DNA of 64,000 nt, from positions 73 to 64,072 of the forward strand of contig CAMCUU010000004.1 of NCBI GenBank assembly GCA_945879065.1, in the 5' to 3' direction. The DNA comes from Francisella tularensis subsp. holarctica. GTDB taxonomy: Bacteria; Pseudomonadota; Gammaproteobacteria; Francisellales; CACEW01. Positions 9,536 through 17,491 of the stretch are shown in pieces. Each line of letters starts with the position of its first letter. Position 1 is the stretch's first letter. The position numbers were made by a program, and so were the translations under genes. The notes under the pieces were generated by a model. That model was not told the DNA's origin. It worked only from the letters and a program-made list of their open reading frames with translations, and did not search any database.

Positions 9536-11318
9536 ATTCAGCCCTTTGAGGGTGTTGCGTGTTTTTACCTGGATGTTTTTAAGCAGCGCTTTAGAAGGCG
9601 TGAGTTTATTATTGTTATTGCCTTTGCTTACGCTTACTAATATTAAAATTAACTTGCCTAATTTTACGGGCCCTTTGGGTTATCTGGAAAATTTAATCAG
9701 TCCCTATAAAAACACGCTGCCCTTGTGGAGTGTTTTAATTATTTATATGGGTCTAGTCGGCGTTTTAGCTTTTTTAAGCTATAGCCGCAGTGTCGAATCT
9801 TCGAAATTAAGACTTTCTTTTTGCCAGGCTATCCAAAATCAATGCCATGAAAGTTTATTAAACGCCAAGTTAAATTTTCATGCTGAAAATAAATTAGCAG
9901 ACTATGCACAAGTGCTCACTGCTGAAGTCATGAGATTAAGCGCGGCGATTTCCCAATGGGTGATGTTAATTAGCGCTCTAGGATTAGTCTGTATTTATGG
10001 GGTCTTGGCTCTCATAGTCTCCTGGAAAATGAGTCTGGTTATTATGGCCTGCTCTTGTTTAGTGATTGTAATTTTAATGGGTGTGAATAAGAAAATTTTT
10101 AAAAACGGGGAGAAAACACACCAGGGATTTCAGAGTTTATATAGCGAAGTTTTGGATCATTTAAATGGCTTAAAAGAAGCTAAGAGCTTGGGGATAGAGT
10201 CTGTTTTTCAAAAAAGTTTTGAGAAAATAAATCAAGAATTAGTGAGTTACCAGCAAGAGTTTGCCAGAAATAACGCCCTGACTTCTGTGATTTATCAGAT
10301 GGCGGCCGCTTTTTCTTTGAGTTTAATTTTTGCGATTGCTTACTGGAGATTGGAAGAATCTTGGGTAAATTTAGTTTTATTATTAATGTTATTTGTGCGG
10401 ATGATTCCTAGGGTCAGCCAAGTTCATACTTTGTATCATTCGGTGATTAATCTTTACCCTTCTTATTTAGCTATTTTAAAAACCCAAAAAGAGGCTTTGA
10501 GCAATAGGGAGGCCATCCCTGTTTTCGTCTCTCCCCTCGAGGGAGAGACAGACCAGCAGGCCCTTGGCCTGTTGGGCAGAGAGGGGGATAAAAATTTAGA
10601 TCTCGAATTTAAAAATCTAGGCCTGAGTTATCAAAATAAAATTATTTTAAAAAATATAAATATTAAATTTCCGCCCAATTCTTTAAGTTTAATTATCGGG
10701 CCATCAGGCGGCGGCAAAAGTACGTTCTGTGATGTCTTATCTGGTCTGGTTTATCCCACGGAAGGCTTTATTTATTTAAATCAAAAACTAGCTCGACCTG
10801 GAGATTGGGTAAATTTTAGATCCCAAGTTGCGTATTTTTCCCAGAGTGTTTTTTTAATTTCAGGAAGCATTCGAGAAAATTTATGTCTGGGGAATAATAT
10901 TTATTCAGATCAAGATTTAATTCATGCTTTAAAACAAGCAGGGGCCTGGAATTTTATTAAAAATATCCCCGAGGGGTTAAGTTCAAAAATCGGTGATCGA
11001 GGGGTGACTTTATCAGGAGGTCAGCGGCAAAGATTGGCCCTAGCCCGCGTATTTTTAAGAACGCCGAGATTATTAATTTTGGACGAAGTCTGTGCGCATT
11101 TAGATCAAGATAATTCTGAGTGGATTGTTGAAGTGATTAAAAATTTAAAAACAAGCCACAAAATTTTAATCATTATTGTGAGTCATCACCCTGAAAAATG
11201 GCTGGGCTTAGCGGATCAAATATTAAAAATAGATCAGGGTTTTTTAAGTCCAGAAAAAATAAAAAAACCAGAAACACTAGAAAAATTAGGAGCGCTGGAA
11301 AGTGAAGTTTTTGTATAA
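9507..11318 (+). CDS. ABC exporter, fused permease and ATPase
   Basis: Six-TM N-terminal half. Walker A 'GPSGGGKST', signature 'LSGGQRQR', Walker B 'LLILDE'. Start uncertain (TTG 9507, GTG or ATG about 50 nt downstream). Carries the 62-bp palindromic element in the TMD-NBD linker. Confidence 0.88.
   Translation: MFDFFIALFKFSPLRVLRVFTWMFLSSALEGVSLLLLLPLLTLTNIKINLPNFTGPLGYLENLISPYKNTLPLWSVLIIYMGLVGVLAFLSYSRSVESSKLRLSFCQAIQNQCHESLLNAKLNFHAENKLADYAQVLTAEVMRLSAAISQWVMLISALGLVCIYGVLALIVSWKMSLVIMACSCLVIVILMGVNKKIFKNGEKTHQGFQSLYSEVLDHLNGLKEAKSLGIESVFQKSFEKINQELVSYQQEFARNNALTSVIYQMAAAFSLSLIFAIAYWRLEESWVNLVLLLMLFVRMIPRVSQVHTLYHSVINLYPSYLAILKTQKEALSNREAIPVFVSPLEGETDQQALGLLGREGDKNLDLEFKNLGLSYQNKIILKNINIKFPPNSLSLIIGPSGGGKSTFCDVLSGLVYPTEGFIYLNQKLARPGDWVNFRSQVAYFSQSVFLISGSIRENLCLGNNIYSDQDLIHALKQAGAWNFIKNIPEGLSSKIGDRGVTLSGGQRQRLALARVFLRTPRLLILDEVCAHLDQDNSEWIVEVIKNLKTSHKILIIIVSHHPEKWLGLADQILKIDQGFLSPEKIKKPETLEKLGALESEVFV
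10526..10587 (+). repeat. GC-rich palindromic element copy 2, in-frame inside the ABC exporter
   Basis: Reverse complement matches 1735-1796 closely. Translates to 'VSPLEGETDQQALGLLGREGD'. Confidence 0.85.
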
Positions 11319-12285
11319 AGTTTTTAATTTGATTATCAGTTCTGAGATTGAAATTTTGCATTTACCCCAGCTTGATTTTTGTGACTCACAAAATTTAAAT
11401 AATTTAAATCTAGATGTGGAGATTGTTTTAGGCCAGGTGCCTGATTTAAAAGAAGCAGGGTGGGGTAATACAAATTATTTTTTTGCAGAGAACGCCAGCT
11501 GTTTAATATTGCAATTTTTAGACGTGGGAAGATTTTTAATCCAAGAGGGTAAGAAAATTACCGTCATGCCCTTTGGTGAGCCTGGTCTGGGTACTTTATC
11601 GACTTTTTTAATGGGGTCAGTAATGGGCGGGTTATTACACCAGCGGGGTTATTTTTTATTACATGGCAATGCAGTTGTTTATAATAATCAGGCTTATATT
11701 TTTGCGGGAGAGTCAGGCGCTGGAAAATCTACTTTAGCAGCGGCTTTTTCAAAAGCGGGCGCGGGGGTATTAAGCGACGATGTTTCAGCCATTATTTTTG
11801 ATGAGGCTGGCCAGCCTTGGGTTCTTCCGGCATATCCGGCTATGAAGTTATGGCAAGACGCCGCGGATTATTTTGCTATTGAGACAAAAGATTGTCATTC
11901 AGTTGTTGCTCGTGAAAATAAATACCATGTGCCTTATCAAGATATTTTTTGCCGAGAGCCTAAGCGCTTAGCCGGTATTTATGTCTTAGAAAAAAAATCA
12001 GAAATATTTGAATTAGTAAATTTAGGAATTTTGCAAAAGATCGAAAATTTAATTTTGCATACTCACACAAAACGCTATTTAGACGTCATGGGATTGGCAG
12101 ATCAGCATTTAAAAAACTGTTTAAATTTGGCGAAATCCTGTCCGATTTATAAAGTAAATTACCCCCATCACCGCCATTGCAAGGAGGCTTTGATGAAACT
12201 AGTCTGCCCCGGGCTTAAAAAAGCGGCTGAAAAAATGGATAAAAAAATGGATAAAAAAGAGCAAGAGGAGCTTTGTCATGAATGA
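11302..12285 (+). CDS. HprK-related P-loop kinase
   Basis: 'FAGESGAGKSTLAAAF' Walker A in the context typical of HPr-kinase C-terminal-like proteins. GTG start overlaps the ABC gene end. Confidence 0.6.
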   Translation: MKFLYKVFNLIISSEIEILHLPQLDFCDSQNLNNLNLDVEIVLGQVPDLKEAGWGNTNYFFAENASCLILQFLDVGRFLIQEGKKITVMPFGEPGLGTLSTFLMGSVMGGLLHQRGYFLLHGNAVVYNNQAYIFAGESGAGKSTLAAAFSKAGAGVLSDDVSAIIFDEAGQPWVLPAYPAMKLWQDAADYFAIETKDCHSVVARENKYHVPYQDIFCREPKRLAGIYVLEKKSEIFELVNLGILQKIENLILHTHTKRYLDVMGLADQHLKNCLNLAKSCPIYKVNYPHHRHCKEALMKLVCPGLKKAAEKMDKKMDKKEQEELCHE

Positions 12286-12586
12286 TGTTGTCGAGATTAA
12301 TAACCTGGAATTAAACAGTGTTCTCGTTCGTCGTGAAGATTTAATTGCCCAAGAAATCGAGGGTGAATTAGTGATGTTAGACATGCGCTCTGGGCATTAT
12401 TTTGGCTTAGATCCTATTGCTTCAGCGATCTGGAGATATATGGAGCAGCCTATTAGTTTTAAACAACTCTGTGCGTGTTTAATGCAAGAATATTCAGTCT
12501 CTGAAGAGCAATGTGTCGAAGATGTCAGTGTGTTTTTAAATGATTTATTAGAAAAAGAGTTAGTAGATCTTGTGGTGTCTAGATAA
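12278..12586 (+). CDS. PqqD-family (RRE-type) peptide chaperone
   Basis: 102 aa. 'GELVMLDMRSGHYFGLDPIASAIW' and 'VSVFLNDLLEKELV' are typical of PqqD/B1 proteins. ATGAATGA overlap with the kinase gene. Confidence 0.7.
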   Translation: MNDVVEINNLELNSVLVRREDLIAQEIEGELVMLDMRSGHYFGLDPIASAIWRYMEQPISFKQLCACLMQEYSVSEEQCVEDVSVFLNDLLEKELVDLVVSR

Positions 12587-12635
12587 AGTTTTTATAGATT
12601 ATTTTTAATAAATTTTTTAAGAGATAGGTCGAGTC

Positions 12636-13169
12636 TTGCGTGTTTTGAAATATTTTAAGTTTTATAAAATTTATAAATTCTATAAGTTTTTTTTCTTTAG
12701 CCATTTAGAAAAAAAGTTATTCTGGAAAGCGCTTTTTTGGCTCGCTTTTTCTAAGTGGGCGATTCCCAATTTTTCTTTTAAAAAATTACAAAAATATTTG
12801 GGTCAGGCTTTTGATCAGGAGTTTGATCAGGAGTTTGATCAGGAGTTTGATCAGGAGCCTTCTCAGCGCTCTCTAGAAAATAAAAATTTAAATTCAAAAA
12901 AATTAAAGCAAGTAAAAATAGCTATTGCCAGAGCAAGAAAAGTTTTGCCTTTTCATTGCCAGTGCTTAGTCACGGCGATTTGCGCTCGGAAATTATTAAA
13001 AGATTTAGGCTGCCAGCCCAAGTTATATTTAGGTGTGGCTAAAGAAAAAGAATTAGATTCTCAAAAAAAATCAGCTGGTTTGATGGCCCATGCTTGGGTA
13101 AAGCTGGGTGATGAGATGGTCATTGGCCAGTCAGAAATTAATTTTACCGTGGTTAAGATTTTTGCTTAA
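12636..13169 (+). CDS. Lasso-peptide B2-like transglutaminase-fold cysteine protease
   Basis: 'FHCQCLVTAICARKLL' (Cys) and 'MAHAWVKLGDEMV' (His), typical of McjB-C-terminal/B2 proteins. Contains (FDQE)x4 from a 12-bp repeat at 12810-12857. Confidence 0.65.
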   Translation: MRVLKYFKFYKIYKFYKFFFFSHLEKKLFWKALFWLAFSKWAIPNFSFKKLQKYLGQAFDQEFDQEFDQEFDQEPSQRSLENKNLNSKKLKQVKIAIARARKVLPFHCQCLVTAICARKLLKDLGCQPKLYLGVAKEKELDSQKKSAGLMAHAWVKLGDEMVIGQSEINFTVVKIFA

Positions 13170-13222
13170 TTTTGCTGACTAATAACACGGGGAATAACAC
13201 TTCACCGATGCAAGATTCTTTA

Positions 13223-13238
13223 TGGTAAGATCCGCCCC
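13223..13238 (+). promoter_or_regulatory. Extended -10 promoter-like motif TGgTAAGAT + ccgcccc upstream of greA
   Basis: Exact member of the recurrent motif. Overlaps the ORF-track ATG at 13222, supporting the start at 13270. Confidence 0.5.
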
Positions 13239-13269
13239 CTTTATTTTTACGGTTTCTCTAGAGGTAAAT

Positions 13270-13749
13270 ATGGTTCAGCGTGTTCCTATGACAGTCAGTG
13301 GTGAAAAGGCTCTTCGTGAAGAATTAGATCGTTTGAAAAATACGGAGCGTCCAAAAGTAATTGCAGAAATTGCAGAAGCCAGGGCTCATGGGGATTTAAA
13401 AGAAAATGCTGAATATCATGCGGCTCGAGATAAGCAAAGTTTTCTAGAAGGGCGCATTAAAGAAGTTGAGAGCAAATTAGCCAATGCCCAGGTCATTGAT
13501 GTTAAGAAAATAGAAAACCGTGGGCGCGTCATTTTTGGCTCGACGGTTATTTTGGTGAATATAAAAATAGAAGAGACGGTGACCTATCAAATCGTCGGTG
13601 AAGACGAAGCTGATTTGAAAATAGGAAAAATCTCCGTTGGGTCTCCCATCGCCCGAGCCATTGTTGGAAAAGAAGATGGCGATGCCGTGATGATTCAGAC
13701 CCAAAGTGGCGTGCTTCACTATGAAATTTCAGAAGTGAAATATCTTTAA
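13270..13749 (+). CDS. greA: Transcription elongation factor GreA
   Basis: '[17 protein letters not shown]', '[21 protein letters not shown]'. Length about 159 aa from ATG 13270. Confidence 0.93.
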   Translation: MVQRVPMTVSGEKALREELDRLKNTERPKVIAEIAEARAHGDLKENAEYHAARDKQSFLEGRIKEVESKLANAQVIDVKKIENRGRVIFGSTVILVNIKIEETVTYQIVGEDEADLKIGKISVGSPIARAIVGKEDGDAVMIQTQSGVLHYEISEVKYL

Positions 13750-13790
13750 AAATAAAAATAAAAATAAAAATAAAAATAAAAATAATTAAA

Positions 13791-14066
13791 TTAATGTATG
13801 GCTTCGCCCTGGGCCATTAATAAAGTCATGACTCTGGCGCTAATTAATTCGCCATAATCTGCGCCATATTTGGCTTCCATGGTGTCTTCCAGTTCAATAA
13901 CCCAGTCAGCGCGTTCAATTAAAATAGAACCTTCTTGAATAACTCTGACGGCTTCAAGATCTACCTCGTCTTCAGGGTCTTCATAGTAAGTCGATAAAAT
14001 GTCATGAGCCGTGCTCATATCTTGTTCTTTCGTGATCCATGAATCATGAATATGACGTCTAGTCAT
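13791..14066 (-). CDS. Hypothetical small acidic protein (91 aa)
   Basis: ORF with GGAGGG RBS. No family recognised. Confidence 0.45.
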   Translation of the reverse strand: MTRRHIHDSWITKEQDMSTAHDILSTYYEDPEDEVDLEAVRVIQEGSILIERADWVIELEDTMEAKYGADYGELISARVMTLLMAQGEAIH

Positions 14067-14221
14067 TATTTCCCTCCAGTTGTGTACGCACTGTGGGGGT
14101 TATCCCCAGCCGTTCCTCCGGAGATTTTTTTATAAAAATTTTATGGGGGCGATTAAAGACCAAGATTTTTTAGATTGCTAGAAGTGTTCATGAGTTTTGA
14201 GAGAGTTTTTGAGAAAGATTC

Positions 14222-14237
14222 TGGTACCATCTCCAGC
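14222..14237 (+). promoter_or_regulatory. Extended -10-like TGgTACCAT + ctccagc upstream of prlC
   Basis: TGn + hexamer + GC-richer block, 34 nt before the ATG. Confidence 0.35.
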
Positions 14238-14270
14238 TCTTTAATTTTGTTTTTTTGGTTTTAAATACTG

Positions 14271-16361
14271 ATGATTAATACAGATTCTGATTTTTTATTC
14301 GCAAATCCTTTATTAAATTTTCTAGATAAAAATAGTTCTAAAAATACCCTGCCCTTGTTTAATAAAATTCAAGCAGAGCATGTAAAACCAGCGATGGATT
14401 ATTGTTTAGAGCAAGCTAGGGGTTCCGTACAGAAATCTTTAAATTTACCTAGCTCCTGGGAAAATACGGTCTTAAATCTAGAAGAAGTGGATGATCAGTT
14501 AGGTCAAGTATTTTCTCCTATTAGACATCTTCATGCGGTGTGCAATACGGAAGAGATGCGAGAAGCGTTTGATCAAATTTTGCCAGAGCTGACTGCGTAT
14601 CAAATAGAGATTGGGCAAAACATAAAGCTCTATCAGGCTTATCAAGATTTAAGTCAGAGCCCAGAGTTTAAAAATTATTCTGAGATTCAAAAAAAAGTGA
14701 TTAACAATGCCTTGAGAGATTTTAAGCTTTCGGGGGTGCATTTATTAGATCAAGATAAGCAACGCTTTGGAGAGATTATTAATCAGCTATCTGAGCTGTC
14801 GACTTTGTTTGAAAATCATATTCAAGATGCGACAGATAATTTTATTTTCGAACTGGGTTCCAGCCCTGAAGATTTAAAAAAATTAGCGGGTATTCCAGAA
14901 ATTAATTTACAAGCTGCTCAAGAAAAAGCAGGCCAAGAAAAAGCGAAAAATTTAGAAAAATCGGGAGAGTTTACTTATGCCTTTGGCTTAGATTTTCCGA
15001 CTTATTTAAGCATCATGACTTATGCAGAATCTGAAGAATTAAGAGAAATTTTTTACAAGGCGTTTAATACGCGAGCGCCTGAGAATAAAAAATTAATTGA
15101 TCAGATTTTATCTTTAAGACAAGAAGAGGCGGAATTACTAGGGTTTAAAAATTACGCTGAGTTATCTCTAGAAACCAAGATGGCTAAAGATCCTCAAGAA
15201 GTCTTGGATTTTTTATATCAACTAGGTGATAAGACGCGAAAATTTGCAGAGCAAGAATTAAAAGAATTAGAAAAATTTTCTGGAAAAAAATTACAAGCCT
15301 GGGATGTGGGGTTTTATAGCGAAAAATTAAAATTAGAAAAACATGAGTTATCTCAAGAGACTTTAAGACCCTATTTTCCAGTGAGTAAAGTGCTAGAGGG
15401 CGTGTTTAATTTAACCAAAACACTATTTTCAGTGGATTTTATTCAAGCTTCAGCGCCTGTCTGGCACCCGGATGTCCAATTTTTTGAATTAAGAAATTCA
15501 GCGGGAGAGTTAATTGGCCAAATTTATTTAGATTTATTTGCGCGTGAGAAAAAACGTGGTGGGGCTTGGATGGATGAATGCCGTGAGCGTCGTCGAAAAT
15601 TAGATGGAAGTTTGCAATATCCCATTGCCTATTTAACTTGTAATTTTATGCCAGGGTTGGCTAATCAAGAGGCTTATTTAACCCATGATGATGTGGTGAC
15701 TGTATTTCATGAACTAGGACATTGCCTGCATCACTTATTAAGCAAAATAGACGTCTCAGCCATCTCTGGAATTAATGGCGTGCCCTGGGATGCGGTGGAA
15801 TTACCCAGTCAGTTTTTAGAAAATTTTGCCTGGACCTGGGAAATAGTTTCAAAAATGTCCCAGCATCAAAATACGCAAGAATCTTTGCCTAGAGAATTAT
15901 TTAATAAATTAATAAGTGCTAAGAACTTTCAGTCGGGTCTTTCCATGCTGCGACAGCTGGAGTTTTCTATTTTTGATTTTGAGTTGCATTTACAAAACAA
16001 TAAAAATTTTTCTAATAATCTTAATAACTCCAGGGTCCAAGAAATTTTAGATCGGGTCAGGGCAAAATTTTCTTTAATTCAACCGCCTGAATATAACCGC
16101 TTTCAAAATGGCTTCTCTCATATTTTTGCAGGTGGCTATGGGGCGGGGTATTACAGTTATAAATGGGCAGAAGTTTTATCAGCCGATGCGTTTGCTAGAT
16201 TTGAAGAAGAAGGTTTATTTAATCCTAAAGTGGGTCAAGAATTTCTAGATGAAATTCTATCCGTCGGGGGCTCTCGAGAGCCTTCTGAAATGTTCAAAGC
16301 TTTTCGGGGCCGCGAGGTTTCTATTGAGCCTTTGTTAATTCAGAGTGGTTTGGTGAGCTAG
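14271..16361 (+). CDS. prlC: Oligopeptidase A (M3 family zinc metallopeptidase)
   Basis: 696 aa. Zinc motif 'FHELGHCLHH'. M3 C-terminal 'GGYGAGYYSYKWAEVLSADAF'. Confidence 0.9.
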   Translation: MINTDSDFLFANPLLNFLDKNSSKNTLPLFNKIQAEHVKPAMDYCLEQARGSVQKSLNLPSSWENTVLNLEEVDDQLGQVFSPIRHLHAVCNTEEMREAFDQILPELTAYQIEIGQNIKLYQAYQDLSQSPEFKNYSEIQKKVINNALRDFKLSGVHLLDQDKQRFGEIINQLSELSTLFENHIQDATDNFIFELGSSPEDLKKLAGIPEINLQAAQEKAGQEKAKNLEKSGEFTYAFGLDFPTYLSIMTYAESEELREIFYKAFNTRAPENKKLIDQILSLRQEEAELLGFKNYAELSLETKMAKDPQEVLDFLYQLGDKTRKFAEQELKELEKFSGKKLQAWDVGFYSEKLKLEKHELSQETLRPYFPVSKVLEGVFNLTKTLFSVDFIQASAPVWHPDVQFFELRNSAGELIGQIYLDLFAREKKRGGAWMDECRERRRKLDGSLQYPIAYLTCNFMPGLANQEAYLTHDDVVTVFHELGHCLHHLLSKIDVSAISGINGVPWDAVELPSQFLENFAWTWEIVSKMSQHQNTQESLPRELFNKLISAKNFQSGLSMLRQLEFSIFDFELHLQNNKNFSNNLNNSRVQEILDRVRAKFSLIQPPEYNRFQNGFSHIFAGGYGAGYYSYKWAEVLSADAFARFEEEGLFNPKVGQEFLDEILSVGGSREPSEMFKAFRGREVSIEPLLIQSGLVS

Positions 16362-17358
16362 TAGCAGACAAGGGCTTAAAAATAAGCCTCACGCCAAATC
16401 CGTGGGGGTGTTGATTAAATAAAGTAAGAGACCCCCAGTGAATCTCTGCAATTTTTTTGACAATGGCTAAGCCTAAGCCCATCCCTCCCGTATTTCTGGA
16501 TCGGGAGGGATCTACTCGGTAATAAGGCGTGCCGAGTTTTTTCAATGCTTCTTTAGGAACACCTGGGCCATTGTCTAAGATGTCTAAAATTAAGTTCTTA
16601 TTTTTTAAATTTAAAATAATGTTGACTTCAGTCGCGTAGTGCTTGGCATTGTCTAAAAGATTTTGAATTAATCTATTAAATAAAGCCGGCTCAATGGGCC
16701 AATATAAAAAATCTGGAGAATCTAGGGGCGGAATAATCTGAATAGTTAGACCAGCTTTTTTATAGCTTTCAGCTTTATTTCTTAAAATTAATAAAAGATC
16801 TAAATTTTCTTTTTTTATATTTTCAGGCTCTTTTGAATAATCCAAAGAGCTATTAATAATGCTGTTAATTTGCATTAATTTATTTTGAATATCTTGGGTA
16901 ATTGCTGGGTTTTCTAATAATTCCAGCTGGAGAATGGCTTCTGTTAGGGGCGTTTTAATATCATGAGAAAGTGCGGTTAGCATGATATTTTTTTCTTGAT
17001 AATAATTTTGTATTTTTTCAGAAAGTGCCTGAATAATTTTGGCCTGCTTGCCTTTGATGACTCTTTTTTCAGTCAGGAATTTAAATAATTCTTGAGGGAG
17101 TGAATAATGGTAATAGCGAAATAAAGACGACCAGATAAATAAAATAATCAGGCCAATAATTAAAATTAAAACCACTGGAATTAACCAAACAGAAGGGAGA
17201 TGAGTATGAATTTTAAGATCAGGTTTAAGCTCAGAATTTTGCAAGGAATATAAAATATTAAAATACTGGTACATCGCGCTGGCGCAGATTTTTAAGAGCA
17301 CTAGTAAAATTAAAATAATGAGTAAGTGGAATAAATTAAATTTGATATTAATTTTCAA
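16321..17358 (-). CDS. Two-TM sensor histidine kinase with no adjacent response regulator
   Basis: H-box 'LSHDIKTPLT'. ATPase boxes 'DNAKHY', 'DNGPGV', 'GGMGLGLAIV'. The 3' end overlaps prlC by 41 nt (convergent). Confidence 0.85.
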   Translation of the reverse strand: MKINIKFNLFHLLIILILLVLLKICASAMYQYFNILYSLQNSELKPDLKIHTHLPSVWLIPVVLILIIGLIILFIWSSLFRYYHYSLPQELFKFLTEKRVIKGKQAKIIQALSEKIQNYYQEKNIMLTALSHDIKTPLTEAILQLELLENPAITQDIQNKLMQINSIINSSLDYSKEPENIKKENLDLLLILRNKAESYKKAGLTIQIIPPLDSPDFLYWPIEPALFNRLIQNLLDNAKHYATEVNIILNLKNKNLILDILDNGPGVPKEALKKLGTPYYRVDPSRSRNTGGMGLGLAIVKKIAEIHWGSLTLFNQHPHGFGVRLIFKPLSATSSPNHSELTKAQ

Positions 17359-17455
17359 AAAAGCTCCGAAATTTTTTCTTAAAATTTTAAATTTAAAAAC
17401 ATAAAATAGTACGAATTATTTTATAGTAAGTTTTGTATTCGCAAAATTCTCCCGC

Positions 17456-17468
17456 TAGTATCCGGGCC
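17456..17468 (+). promoter_or_regulatory. -10-like TAGTAT + ccgggcc; candidate promoter of the T4BSS cluster
   Basis: TTGTAT sits 17 nt upstream. Same hexamer-plus-GC architecture. Confidence 0.35.
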
Positions 17469-17491
17469 TTGTTTTTTAAAAGGGTTTTTGA

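Noticed and set aside
13222-13269. N-terminal extensions offered by the ORF track for greA (13222), typA (52747), the HIT gene (56323), the 6021 ORF, epmB (38804), icmT (22094), sufS (49321) and the 24846 ORF
   Set aside because: The extensions overlap promoter-like motifs or repeat elements, or precede a better-placed ATG with an RBS or ATGA coupling. Family N-termini match the shorter forms.
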